A DNA stretch of 63,318 nucleotides from Octopus bimaculoides (taxonomy: Eukaryota), in contig NC_068994.1 in NCBI RefSeq assembly GCF_001194135.2, forward strand, positions 2,677,327 to 2,740,644, written 5' to 3'. This document shows, in pieces, positions 1 through 11,694 of this stretch. How positions within the stretch are numbered: position 1 is the first letter of the stretch; each line of letters starts with the position of its first letter. A model generated the notes under the pieces. That model searched no databases. It saw only the letters and a program-made list of their open reading frames with translations, and was not told where the DNA came from. The translations under genes were made by a program, and so were the position numbers.

Positions 1-114
1 TAAAAATAAAAATACTTTATTGTTGATGTTGAAATTCCAATAAAGTAGCCTTGGATCTAGGTTAGAAACCGGCTCTTTCTCTATTAGCAAGAAATCTTGA
101 AATTAAACTGAACA

Positions 115-234
115 ATGACATACATGCACACATGCATATATACATACATATGCACACATATATTTATATATGTATATATATGTGGATATGTATATACATA
201 TATGTATGTATATATATTCATATCTATATACATG

Positions 235-266
<32 letters not shown>

Positions 267-860
267 CACATATACATGTATACAAATATACATATATATA
301 CGCAGGCACAGGAGTGGCTGTGTGGTATGAAGCATGCTTCCCAGTCACATGGTTCCAGGTTCAGTCCAACTGCGTGGCACCTTGAGCAAGTGTCTTGAAC
401 TATAACCTTGGGCTGACCAAAGCCTTGTTAGTGGATTTGGTACACAGAAACTGAGAAAAGCATGTTGTATATATATATATGTATATGTATGTATTTGTGT
501 ATCAGTGTTTGTCACCAAACCATTGCTTGACAACCGATGTTGGTGTATTTGCATCCTCGTAACTTAGCAGTTCAGCAAAAGAAATCAATCAAATAAGTAC
601 TAGGCTTACAAAGAATAAGTCCTGGGGTCGATTTGTTTGAGTAAAGCCGGTGCTTAAGGATGGCCACAGTCAAATGAGTGAAACAAGTAAAAAGAATGTA
701 TGTGTATATGTATATATATATGCGTGTGTGTGTGTGTGTGTATATATATATAGTCAATTCAAAAAAAATCATTAAAAAATAAAAAAACAAACATGACGAC
801 ATAGTACATGCAATGTATTAACATGATGCTTGGAGAAGGAAGAGAGCAGTTGTATTACAC

Positions 861-895
<35 letters not shown>

Positions 896-1150
896 TACAT
901 GTATATATATATACACACATACATACATATATATGTATGTATATATATATATATATATGTACATACATACATATGTATGTATATATACATATATATATAT
1001 ACATACATTTATATATATATATACAAATATATGTGTGTATATCTATGTACACACACACCACAAATATGTGTATATACATATATACATATGTATACATATA
1101 CATGTGTATATATGTTTGTATGCATGTGTATGCGAGTATGTGCATATGTT
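115..1150. repeat. Compound TA/CA/TG microsatellite fields (115-300, 700-755, 855-1150)
   Basis: Direct reading; source of the YIYI/HTHT pseudo-ORFs. Confidence 0.95.
302..697 (+). mobile_element. Bipartite tRNA-derived SINE (family S1), full copy
   Basis: Head gctgtgtggta..ggttcagtcc, ccttgagcaagtgtctt (reminiscent of the CORE-SINE core), internal TA/TG microsatellite, 3' module ending gtgaaacaagtaaaaag. Homologous to 7568 and 36318. Confidence 0.85.
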
Positions 1151-1160
1151 TGTGTCTCCT

Positions 1161-1388
1161 TGACATTGCATGGTGTTGTAAATGATCAGCACTGTTATAA
1201 AGGCAGTGTTATTCATTTCCAATATTTTGCGTAAACATGTCTGGCTATGAGGAAATATTACCTTCCTTGGTAAACAGGTGAGGGTTGGTGACAGAAAGTG
1301 CCCCCCCCCCGGTCATAGGAAGTCTGCTGAATGTTATCTGTTCAACCTATGCAACCATGGAAAAGTGGATGTTAAAATGATGATAATG
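1161..1388 (+). mobile_element. (GAT)n-tailed repeat family S5
   Basis: Body ggaaatattaccttccttggtaaacaggtgagggttggtgacagaaag matches the reverse complement of 60438-60490; tail ccatggaaaagtggatgttaaaatgatgataatgat. Confidence 0.7.
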
Positions 1389-1502
1389 ATACACACATAC
1401 ACACATAGGTATGTAAATATATGCATAAATTCCAAGCAGACGTGTGCATGTGTGTATATACATACATATGTATGTATGTATGTATGTAGTCATATATATA
1501 CG

Positions 1503-1546
<44 letters not shown>

Positions 1547-1644
1547 CACACACACATACGTATATAAATTTACACACATGTATATATATTTATATATACA
1601 TTTGTATATATACATATTTCAAAATGTAACTACATGTAAATCAT

Positions 1645-1815
1645 TGGCAATTTTTTTCCTCTTGGACTTTCCTCTGTCTCCTGTTTCTGACAAAGAGCTT
1701 TGCTCAAAACGTAAAACCATTTTTCTTTCCTTCCCTGAGCGTCTGCTAATACTTTACATGTACCATGTCCTTGTGTTGTTGATTTTCTTGTTTGTTCTTC
1801 ATTTTTTTGGATTTA
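1645..1815 (+). mobile_element. Single unit of the hammerhead-bearing pyrimidine-rich repeat
   Basis: Aligns by eye with 11625-11795 (ttggacttt..ctga..aagag..aaa..ttttctttccttccctgagcg..gttgtt..ttggat). Confidence 0.6.
1683..1717 (+). ncRNA. Decayed minimal type-I hammerhead motif
   Basis: GTTT-CTGACAA-A-GAGC-ttt-GCTC-AAA-ACGT-A-AAAC. Helices I and II perfect; core G8 and G12 are both A, consistent with CpG decay. Confidence 0.6.
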
Positions 1816-1868
1816 TATATATATGTATTTATGTGTGTGTCTGTGTGTGTGTATATAAATATATATAT

Positions 1869-1904
<36 letters not shown>

Positions 1905-1905
1905 C

Positions 1906-1936
<31 letters not shown>

Positions 1937-2059
1937 CATCCACAAACATATGCATACATGTATGTATATATATATATATACATATGCGCACACATTTATG
2001 CTTGTTATTTATATGCTGTTTATACACCTGTCTTCATCTTTTGTTTTTCTGTAAATTTC

Positions 2060-2103
<44 letters not shown>

Positions 2104-2563
2104 AAAATTGATCACTGCAGAATATTTCTGAATTTTTAAATTTTTTTCTAAGTATTAAGTATAAAACAATTATTTGAATGTATGTGCATGTGTGTATATA
2201 CAAATAAACTATATTTATACCTAAATGTATACCTATGGAACATTCATAAAAAAATTTTTTAATGATACTTTAGATGTATAGTATGTATTTTTGTTATCAA
2301 TATTGGTCTGTCTCTCTCTGTATCTATCATGGGATGAAGGTAACATTCTATAATGATTTCTCAGTTGACATGTGGTTACAGAGTCATAAGCACACAATAC
2401 ACAGCTATTTAAAATTAAGCATGTAACAACAGTCAACGAGCACTTCTGCAGATGTTCCACTGTTCATTGAATCGTGTAAACCACAAAACACCGGTAGTTT
2501 TCAAAGTTTGCATGAAGAGGTATTGAAAAATTGTATATAAAAGATCATAGAAACAGAACACAG

Positions 2564-2595
<32 letters not shown>

Positions 2596-3235
2596 CAATA
2601 TATATATATATATGTGCATGTATATTTATATATTTACACAAATATATTGAAGTATATATAGATATATAAACACACATACACACACACACACACATGCACA
2701 GGCATATACACCAGCATACACACACATATGAGTACATACATGAAGAAATAACAAAGTACATTCTCTATAAAAGGTTTTGATGTTAGAAAATATTCATTTA
2801 ACAATATATTTTAGATGCTTTAATCCCTTTTGCTTACATACTGAAAAATAGGCTAAGACACACAGAGTCATATAAACACATGTAAACAGTTATATCTACG
2901 CTGTTCTCATCAAACTGTCCAGTCTATGCCAGCATGAAAGAGAGTGGTAAGATGATGATGATGATGATGATGATGAGGATGATGATGATTTATCTCTACA
3001 CATTCAGTGATGTGCAAACATTTATATATGTAAAAAATTTCTGTTGATTCTCAAAGGAGTGTTAAATTTCAGAAATCAATAGGTAATAGTAAACTGTTCA
3101 TCAATAAATTTTAATTGAATGGCTCAAAAATACCTCAAGAATGCATACGTTCATACATATATGTTTGTGTCTGTATCATCATCCTCATCTAATGCCCATC
3201 ATACACACATATATGTATATATATATATATATGTA

Positions 3236-3300
<65 letters not shown>

Positions 3301-3672
3301 NNNNNNNNNNNNNNNNNNNNNNNNNNNNNNNNNNNNNNNNNNNNNNNNNNNNNNNNNNNNNNNNNNNNNNNNNNNNNNNNNNNNNNNNNNNNNNNNNNNN
3401 NNNNNNNNNNNNNNNNNNNNNNNNNNNNNNNNNNNNNNNNNNNNNNNNNNNNNNNNNNNNNNNNNNNNNNNNNNNNNNNNNNNNNNNNNNNNNNNNNNNN
3501 NNNNNNNNNNNNNNNNNNNNNNNNNNNNNNNNNNNNNNNNNNNNNNNNNNNNNNNNNNNNNNNNNNNNNNNNNNNNNNNNNNNNNNNNNNNNNNNNNNNN
3601 NNNNNNNNNNNNNNNNNNNNNNNNNNNNNNNNNNNNNNNNNNNNNNNNNNNNNNNNNNNNNNNNNNNNNNNN
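3301..3672. other. Assembly gap within (TA)n
   Basis: N run. Further short gaps at about 27874-27883, 28197-28206 and 56884-56893. Confidence 0.99.
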
Positions 3673-3731
<59 letters not shown>

Positions 3732-3749
3732 ATATGTATATATATATAC

Positions 3750-3928
3750 ACTGCTTGAAAACTGATGTTGGTTTGTTTACATCTTCATAAATTAGTTGTT
3801 TGGCAAGAAGAGACTTTTAGAATAAGTACCAGGCTTTAAAAATATGTACTCTGGACAATTTGCTGACTAAACACTTCAAAGCAGTGCTCCAGCATGTCCA
3901 CTTTGCAATGGCTGAAACAAGTAAAAGT
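3750..3928 (+). mobile_element. S1 SINE 3' module
   Basis: gttggtttgtttac..gaataagtaccagg..gtgctccagcatg..gctgaaacaagtaaaag; the 5' part may lie in the adjacent N-gap. Confidence 0.7.
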
Positions 3929-4128
3929 TTGAATATATACAGATACATATATATCAACAGTCCAGCAAAGGCAAGAAAATTGAAACTTCGAAGTTTGTCA
4001 CTTCATTTCTTGAAAAAGTTTTATCAGCACACATTCAAAGAAAATGTATTGAGTAATTCATAAAATACAAAATACAAAATGGCTGATAGTTAGCAAGGTG
4101 AGACACACATAAGAAAGAAGAAAGCAAA

Positions 4129-4173
4129 GGACCACTGATGAGGTCACAGAAGTGTGACGAAAGAACTCTGGCC
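4129..4173 (+). ncRNA. Minimal type-I hammerhead ribozyme motif, catalytic core intact
   Basis: GGACCA-CTGATGA-G-GTCACA-gaag-TGTGAC-GAA-AGAACT-C-TGGCC. Perfect 6-bp helix II, helix I with 4 pairs and 1 mismatch, CUC cleavage triplet. Confidence 0.7.
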
Positions 4174-4331
4174 GAAATAGGATTAATGTAATATAATGTA
4201 ACATAAAGCTGAAGTAAATTAACACCAAATATACAGTGCGTGTGTTTTTATTGGCTAAACTGACAATATGACCATCCCCAAGTACAACAACATCTGTTTC
4301 AACACACGATTTCACATCAAAAATCTTGCAA

Positions 4332-4373
<42 letters not shown>

Positions 4374-4404
4374 GCTTTATACATGCACGCACACACACAT
4401 ATCA

Positions 4405-4600
4405 ATATATCATCATCAGTTTACATGCACTTTCTCTGCTAGCAAGAGCTGGACAGTCTTTACGGATCCAAATCACTTCCCATAGTGAGGTACAACTCCC
4501 AAAGTTTTTGCATTTGTACTTGTCATTTGGCTTAGTTTGTACAGCCATTCCTAATGTCAACCACTTTACAGAATATATTGAATGCATTTTGCTGTGGCAT
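4405..4600 (-). mobile_element. Degenerate S4-like element
   Basis: Reverse complement has gtaaagtggttgacattaggaatggc and ends gtaaactgatgatgat. Confidence 0.4.
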
Positions 4601-5553
4601 CAATGCTAAAGAGGTTGAATATCCCTTGGTGAGACAGGGCTTGAAGGACCTCTTTCCATTTATTTAAGTAACCACTTTACCTGGTGAATGGTAGGTGTGG
4701 ATGGGGTTTGTACACAGTAAATGAAAATTTAGAAATGGAACAATGATGACAGAAAGGCCAGAAATGGTTATTACAGTGACAGGGATGGGAGAGTAAATGT
4801 AGGTCTAGAGCAGGACTGAAGAGAGCTTGCACGGGTGACCAAGGAGGGGAACTGGAGAGAAAGAGGGGAAAGGACAATGGACTGAGAAGGATCAGAATAG
4901 GTGGGAGAGTAGAAGGAAAAAGAGCATGATGGGAAGAAGTCAGGGATATGTAGAGGTAGTTGAGGAGAAGGGAATGATTGACAATAGCAGGTGGACAAAG
5001 ATAGTGAGAGCTGATAAAGAAAAGGTGAGATTAAGTAGGGGTGGGTGAGTGATTTGCAGTAACAGAAGCAATAACAAAGGTGGAAAAAGTTAGTGAGTGG
5101 GGAATGCTAGTGAGATAAATGTGAGAATATGTGAGGGTGTCAACAGAGGAGATTCAGAGAAAAGAAACTGTTGACTGGCAGTACAGCCGAGTAGAGCTAG
5201 AATGTATAGAATGAGCAGAGGAGGACGATGGCCCAATATAGCCTCCTATATATGTGTATGTGTGTGAGAGAGAGAGAGAGACAAAGGGGAGAATGTATAT
5301 TTTTTTAACTTGACAGCTGTTTCTGAGAACTCAAAATTATGTAATAGTTGTGGCAATAGTTGTAATGTACATAACAGATGGAGTGTAAAAACAAATTATG
5401 GATATGCAACCTGCAGATGGATACACAGAAACATTACCATAATACTGACTTCCTTCATCAGGAGGGAAAGATTGGAAGATAGCATAAAGATGGATGAAAT
5501 GCCATTTATTATTTTGTCCAACATGCTAATTATTCTACCAGTTCACTATCTTA

Positions 5554-5562
5554 ATAATAACA

Positions 5563-5614
<52 letters not shown>

Positions 5615-5660
5615 TAAAAATAATAATAATGATAAAAATAATAATAATAATAATCATAAA
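5554..5660. repeat. (AAT)n trinucleotide microsatellite
   Basis: Direct reading. Confidence 0.95.
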
Positions 5661-5700
5661 TAACACACTAGACTGGGGAAGAAAGAGAATGTACAAAGTA

Positions 5701-5770
<70 letters not shown>

Positions 5771-6130
5771 GGTTGAGTCCTATCTATTTTCCCGACTATT
5801 AAAACTTTGATCTTTGTGTGTGTGTGTGTGTGTGTGTGTGTATCTTTATATATATGAATAATAAAGGTAGCTTGTTAGCAATGTTTCAACCAAAAGGCAA
5901 AAATAGATACACCACTATGAAAATTATGCATTCCTGAATAGGACACTCGGATTTACCCAGTTAGAAAAGTTACCAGAGCCAGGCAACTCATTGTTAGTTT
6001 GGGTATCACAAAAGGATCTGAAACTGAATTAAGAGGAAATGCTGTAACTGCCAGGATAATATATCCCTTTAAACTCATTTTTGGATATACATACATACAT
6101 ACATACATACATACATACATACATACAGTC

Positions 6131-6165
<35 letters not shown>

Positions 6166-6227
6166 TATGTGCATGTGTATTGTGTGTGTGTGTATGTGTG
6201 TGTATTTTTGTCCCCCCCCCCCCCCAC

Positions 6228-6418
6228 CATTTCGTAACTAGTGTTGGTGTGTTTACATCCCAATAACTTAGCTGTTTTGCAAAAGAGACCAATAAGTACC
6301 AGGTTTAAAAAATACAAATAAGTACTGGGTTGATTTATTTGGTTGACTAAAATTCTTCAAGGCAGTGCCCCAGTATGGCTGCAGTCTGACAACTCATACA
6401 AGTAAACGATAAAAGATA
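6228..6418 (+). mobile_element. S1 SINE 3' module (diverged)
   Basis: gtgttggtgtgtttacatccc..aataagtaccagg..gtgccccagtatggctgcagtc..acaagtaaa. Confidence 0.7.
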
Positions 6419-7567
6419 ACAGAATATTTTGGGGATTATTTGACAGTTTCGAATCCTTCATGTGAGGGCTGTAGGGGACAGTGCAAATGTAGAAGAGAAT
6501 TCAGTAGCCAGATCTGTTGAATTGAAAAAATATTGAAGATGGTGTTATATAAATTAGTAAATTATAAACGTGTTGTCTGCAAGTTTTGGAAATGAGTGCC
6601 TAATAAAACTTATTTTGTGAAAAATAAAAATGATGGCTTGAAATCACAGGGACCATAGTGGAAGTTAAGATAAATTTGTCTATACAGGGGATGGACGATG
6701 TGAATGACAGAATTGCTTGACTCATTAATGCAGACAGTAATGATGAAAGCATTTCAAACTTAGAGCAACAGCATACGTATGGAGAGACTGATAACGAAGG
6801 AGGAACAAATTAAACTCTAATACAAATGGGGTTGATTTAATACACCCCTGAGGCATCCTAGATGTGAGTGGAATTACAATAGAAGAATGAAAAGAGAGCT
6901 ATGTAAGTCAGAAAACAAGCTGAAAATTCACTCAGCCACTACAGGGTCATGCACAATAATGAAAATAAAGAATACAAATATCCCTTTTATAGTATTTTTT
7001 TTAATTAATAAATGCTCCTAATTTTTTTTACTTATGCTGATGCAAGTTAGTAACTCACAAAACATAAAACTGTGTCCAATTCATTTATTTCCTTCTTTAT
7101 ATCTATTGATTTTCACATGCTTTCTTCTGGAAAGCATTTCGGAAATTTAAATTTGTTTGGTTTTTTTTTTCAAAGTTTAGATGTTATACAACAATTTTAA
7201 ATGTATTTATACATTCAAATACCGTAGTTACAAACACTACAGTGCTCATGCTGCACACATTAACTACAGCAATCAAAATGCTTCTGCAGATGTGTCTACA
7301 CATGTATACATTCTGATAAATGAATGTGAAAATAGTAGCCAAACCCTATGTAATTTCAGCTTTATGTAAAATTTATCTAAACACACATGTTAATATATAC
7401 ATACAAGTGTGTGTGTGTGTGTGTGTTTGCATGTGTATGAATATGCAATTAATCTCATAGACAGAAACATGAATGGATTGAAGATTATATATGTGTATAT
7501 ATGTTTATATGAGTGCATATCTCTATGAAGGTAAGTGCTTATGCATTCATATATATATATATATATA

Positions 7568-7957
7568 TAGGTGCTGTGTGGTAAGTAGCTTGCTTGCCAA
7601 CCACATGGTTCTGGGTTCAGTCCCACTGTGTGGCACCTTGGGCAAGTGTCTTCTACTATAGCCTTGGGCCGACCAAAGCCTTGTGAGTGGATTTGGTAGA
7701 CAGAAACTGAAAGAAGCCCATCGTATATATGTATATATATATATGTATGTGTGTGTATGTGTGTCTATGTTTGTTCCCCCAACATTGCTTGACAACTGAT
7801 GCTGATGTGTTTACGTCCCCGTAACTTAGCGGTCCGGCAAAAGAAACTGATAGAATAAGTTCTAGGCTTACAAAGAATAAGTCCTGGGGGCAATTTGCTC
7901 GACTATAGGCGGTGCTCCAGCATGGCCACAATCAAATGACTGAAACAAGTAAAAGAG

Positions 7958-7958
<1 letters not shown>
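7568..7958 (+). mobile_element. S1 SINE, full copy
   Basis: Both modules plus internal microsatellite; closely similar to 302-697 and 36318-36712. Confidence 0.88.
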
Positions 7959-7990
<32 letters not shown>

Positions 7991-8074
7991 GCGCGCACAT
8001 GTGTGTGTGTATATGTACATGTATGCAGATATAAAAACAAACATAGCTGATTGATTAAAGAATTACACACATGC

Positions 8075-8190
8075 AGTCAAGGTTCAATCCTATTGTGTTA
8101 CATCTTGGGCAGTGTATATTCTACCATACCACAGCCATAGGTGGACCCAAGCCTTGTGTAAAATTCAGTAGATGAAGACTACAGAAGTAC
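8075..8190 (+). mobile_element. S1 SINE 5' module remnant
   Basis: ggttcaatcctattgtg..catcttgggcagtgt..ccaagccttgtg..agtagatgaagact; degenerate match. Confidence 0.45.
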
Positions 8191-8812
8191 AATGGATGGA
8201 CTATACTCCTAATTGAAAAGACCAGCCTTGTCACTGATCCTGCCTGAAGATCATATTGCTGGTATATGTGTCTGTGGAATACATTACCACTTATAATTCA
8301 ATGAATAGGCAGTTCAGTTATTTGAACAAATGGAATGCTCGTAGTTGAAACTGAGAGCCATTTATTTTTTTATCTGCATAGATGTTGTGAGAAAAATGTT
8401 TTAATGCACAAGCATACATAGTGACAGATAAACAAGTAATAGATATGCATGACTGTATGCATATATGTTTGTTTGTTGTGCCAGCATGTGTGTGTGTGCA
8501 TGTATATGTGCACAAACACACACACAAGCTTAATGCACACATATATTCAAGTATATATGAGTGCATCTGTGAATGTGTGTATACATATTAGGTGAGCTGA
8601 TGAAGATGTAAGACAGACGTATTTGGCTAAATACTCACATGAACAGATACATATATAAAAAGATAGACAAATGCCTACATAGTCTGAATTATAGGAAATA
8701 AACTGCTTTTCATTTTATCAAAATGTCAATAAATTTCAATGATCCTATCTAAGTGTATGCGTGTGTGGGAGAGAGAGAGGGGAGAGAGAGGGGAGAGAGA
8801 GGAGAGAGAGGA

Positions 8813-9588
8813 NNNNNNNNNNNNNNNNNNNNNNNNNNNNNNNNNNNNNNNNNNNNNNNNNNNNNNNNNNNNNNNNNNNNNNNNNNNNNNNNNNNNNNNN
8901 NNNNNNNNNNNNNNNNNNNNNNNNNNNNNNNNNNNNNNNNNNNNNNNNNNNNNNNNNNNNNNNNNNNNNNNNNNNNNNNNNNNNNNNNNNNNNNNNNNNN
9001 NNNNNNNNNNNNNNNNNNNNNNNNNNNNNNNNNNNNNNNNNNNNNNNNNNNNNNNNNNNNNNNNNNNNNNNNNNNNNNNNNNNNNNNNNNNNNNNNNNNN
9101 NNNNNNNNNNNNNNNNNNNNNNNNNNNNNNNNNNNNNNNNNNNNNNNNNNNNNNNNNNNNNNNNNNNNNNNNNNNNNNNNNNNNNNNNNNNNNNNNNNNN
9201 NNNNNNNNNNNNNNNNNNNNNNNNNNNNNNNNNNNNNNNNNNNNNNNNNNNNNNNNNNNNNNNNNNNNNNNNNNNNNNNNNNNNNNNNNNNNNNNNNNNN
9301 NNNNNNNNNNNNNNNNNNNNNNNNNNNNNNNNNNNNNNNNNNNNNNNNNNNNNNNNNNNNNNNNNNNNNNNNNNNNNNNNNNNNNNNNNNNNNNNNNNNN
9401 NNNNNNNNNNNNNNNNNNNNNNNNNNNNNNNNNNNNNNNNNNNNNNNNNNNNNNNNNNNNNNNNNNNNNNNNNNNNNNNNNNNNNNNNNNNNNNNNNNNN
9501 NNNNNNNNNNNNNNNNNNNNNNNNNNNNNNNNNNNNNNNNNNNNNNNNNNNNNNNNNNNNNNNNNNNNNNNNNNNNNNNNNNNNNNNN
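8813..9588. other. Assembly gap within a GA-rich repeat
   Basis: N run. Confidence 0.99.
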
Positions 9589-9642
9589 GGGAGAGGAGAG
9601 AGAGAGGGAGAGGAGAGAGAGAGGGAGAGGAGAGAGAGAGTG

Positions 9643-9930
9643 AGGGCACATGGCTTAGTGGTTAGGGTATTTGGTTCATAACTTCAAGGTTATGAGTTCA
9701 ATTCTTGGTAGTGTGTTGTACCGTTGAGCAAGACACTTTATTTCACATTGCTTCAGTCCACTCAGCTGGCAAAAGTGAGTTGTACCTGTAATTGAAAAGA
9801 CCAGTCTTGTAACATTCTGTGTCATGCTGAATCTCCCTGAGAACTACACTAGCGATACACGAGACTTGTATGTTAATTTTACAAGCAAGTTGTTCTGTTG
9901 ACTGGATCACCTGGAATATTTGTGGTTGAA
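9643..9930 (+). mobile_element. tRNA-derived SINE family S3
   Basis: A-box TGGCTTAGTGG, B-box GAGTTCAATTC, then ttgagcaagacactttatttcacattgcttcagtccactcagc; the latter recurs antisense near 18000. Confidence 0.75.
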
Positions 9931-10132
9931 AACTGACAGAGTGCCAATTATATATGTATGTATGTACCTGAATTTAGCTTGTGAAAAGAGTCCAGCAAGG
10001 CTCATTTCACAGCTTTAGCCCCATTTTATTTATCATACTCCTCCAGCTTGTAAGTGAAGAGTTTAAGACTGTATTCATGAAAACTCTTGCATGCTGACTG
10101 TGTAGTTCTTAGACCTAACTCTTAACAGAATT

Positions 10133-10245
10133 AAAGAAATTCCAGACTTGAAAACAAAAACCTAGAATTGAGAGGCATCACAATAAATTTCACAAAGACT
10201 AAATTTATTTTAGATAAGAAAGAAGACAGGACCCTAACATAACAA
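10133..10245 (+). mobile_element. RTE-clade LINE RT fragment
   Basis: With one stop and one frameshift reads KKFQT*KQKLELRGITINFTKTKFIL; same motif as KFKIWKQRLELIGLTVNLEETKVLL near 23800. Confidence 0.5.
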
Positions 10246-10419
10246 GGGAAATGTTCTAGGAGAAAATCTGGACGTAAGAGAAATCAGCTGTTGTGGAGAA
10301 GAGAGGGGCCTGCATGGCTGAGTTTTCATAGCAACGTGTAACTCTAATGTAATTCTCAAGTGAATCAGTGTGACACAGTGTTACAAAAAACAAAGCTGGC
10401 TCTTTGAGTTATGGCAAAC

Positions 10420-10575
10420 TCACTAGTCCTGGTGCCAGGAGAAAAGCACCTTGTACACACTGTGAAGTGGTTGGTGTTAGGAAGGGCACCCATCCATATC
10501 ATACAAGAGCAGACATACTTGTCAAACTGTGCAACCCATGCCAACATGGAACATGAACATTAAATAATGATGATG
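10420..10575 (+). mobile_element. S4 element 3' part
   Basis: gtgaagtggttggtgttaggaagggcacc..cccatgccaacatggaacatgaacattaaataatgatgatg. Confidence 0.65.
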
Positions 10576-11231
10576 TGCACACACATGCACATGAAATATA
10601 TATATATATCAAAAGTGACTCCTGGTCATCAGTGTCACTTGGGCTCATTACAGATTTTGCATAAGGCACATGCTTGCTCGAAGAATTTCATGTTTTTCTG
10701 CAATGTTTCTAGCCCCAAAATAGCTGATTTTTGTATATCTAGCACTATTTCTTTCTCCATTTCTAAGTTAAGGATAAAAATAAAGCAACTCTGCAGAACC
10801 CCGCAGAACACAACTGATCTTTACATACAGTCGCACAGAATAACAACAATCAAATGACGACAACAGAGTGTATAACAAACATCAGTGATCTCACTATCGC
10901 CTGTACTCTTGACAAGAGATGCCAGATAGTTTTTTACCCCTACCAGGCTCGTTTGTATTACTCAGTTGCTGGATAATTTTTCATTCCTTTAAGAATATTG
11001 TAGAATAGAAACTTTTCATAGATTGGAATTTAAATCCTAATCTCTATAAAAATTTATTGTTTCAGGAAAAAAACTGAATTTGAATTACTTGTTAATTTTT
11101 ATGATTATAGATAACTTGGGCTGTACCTTCTGAGCCCTAGTCAGTCGTGTGTGAACCATGACAAGAGGACATCTGCTACGAATGATAATTTTTGATACTG
11201 TGCATGTCTAAGATGATAGTCAGACACTGAA

Positions 11232-11274
<43 letters not shown>

Positions 11275-11277
<3 letters not shown>

Positions 11278-11464
11278 GTGCAGATGTGGAGACTTCCCAA
11301 AAGCTTCTGGACAAATTTCTTTCTGAAATCCCAGATGAATCCACATTATGGTGGGAGACACAAAGTAGAGTGACTCTGTCCAACTCAGTTCTTCATCAAA
11401 AATGGTACAGAAAACACACTGATGCTCCAGTACAGTGCCAGCCTTTGGCTGAAACCAGTAAAAG
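11275..11464 (+). mobile_element. CR1/L2-group LINE 3' end
   Basis: ETSQKLLDKFLSEIPDESTLWWETQSRVTLSNSVLHQ resembles the FKxxLDKFLxxIPDEP..SNSL C-terminal motif; 3' tail with hairpin cagcc-ttt-ggctg. Confidence 0.65.
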
Positions 11465-11505
11465 CTTTCTTTTTTTATTCTCTCTCTGTTTATTTTCTCA
11501 TGTTC

Positions 11506-11541
11506 CTTTCTGTTGAAGAGTGTAGGCTTGAAATGTAAAAG
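11506..11541 (+). ncRNA. Hammerhead-like motif 1 of a tandem pair
   Basis: CTTT-CTGTTGA-A-GAG-tgtagg-CTT-GAA-ATGT-A-AAAG. Helix I CTTT/AAAG; core A6 replaced by T. Confidence 0.5.
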
Positions 11542-11659
11542 ACTTCCTCACCTTCCCGAGTATTAAACTAATACACCTGTTTGTTGTTTACACACCTGAC
11601 CATGTGTGCATCGTTGGCAATTTTCTTTCTCCATCTTCCCTTCTTTGGACTTTTTCTAT

Positions 11660-11694
11660 ATTTCTGATGAAGAGTTCTGCTTGAAATGTGAAAT
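11660..11694 (+). ncRNA. Hammerhead motif 2 of a tandem pair
   Basis: ATTT-CTGATGA-A-GAGT-tct-GCTT-GAA-ATGT-G-AAAT. Core intact, but position 17 is G (non-cleavable). Confidence 0.6.

Noticed and set aside
84-3790. Many ORFs rich in YIYI, HTHT or CVCV (also throughout the window)
   Set aside because: Translations of TA/CA/TG microsatellites, which lack stops in some frames; no protein signal.
5310-5663. 117-aa ORF with poly-Asn
   Set aside because: Poly-N comes from an (AAT)n microsatellite; no splice or homology support.
6690-6815. Short acidic frame resembling a DNA-transposase N-terminus
   Set aside because: Contains a stop, no catalytic motif or terminal inverted repeats identified.
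8590-8640. GTGAG-CTGATGA-A...CTCAC
   Set aside because: No helix II, no GAAA and no room for helix III.
8726-9681. Approx. 300-aa ORFs with X runs (also 3119-3790, 12794-13228)
   Set aside because: They span N-gaps; artefacts.
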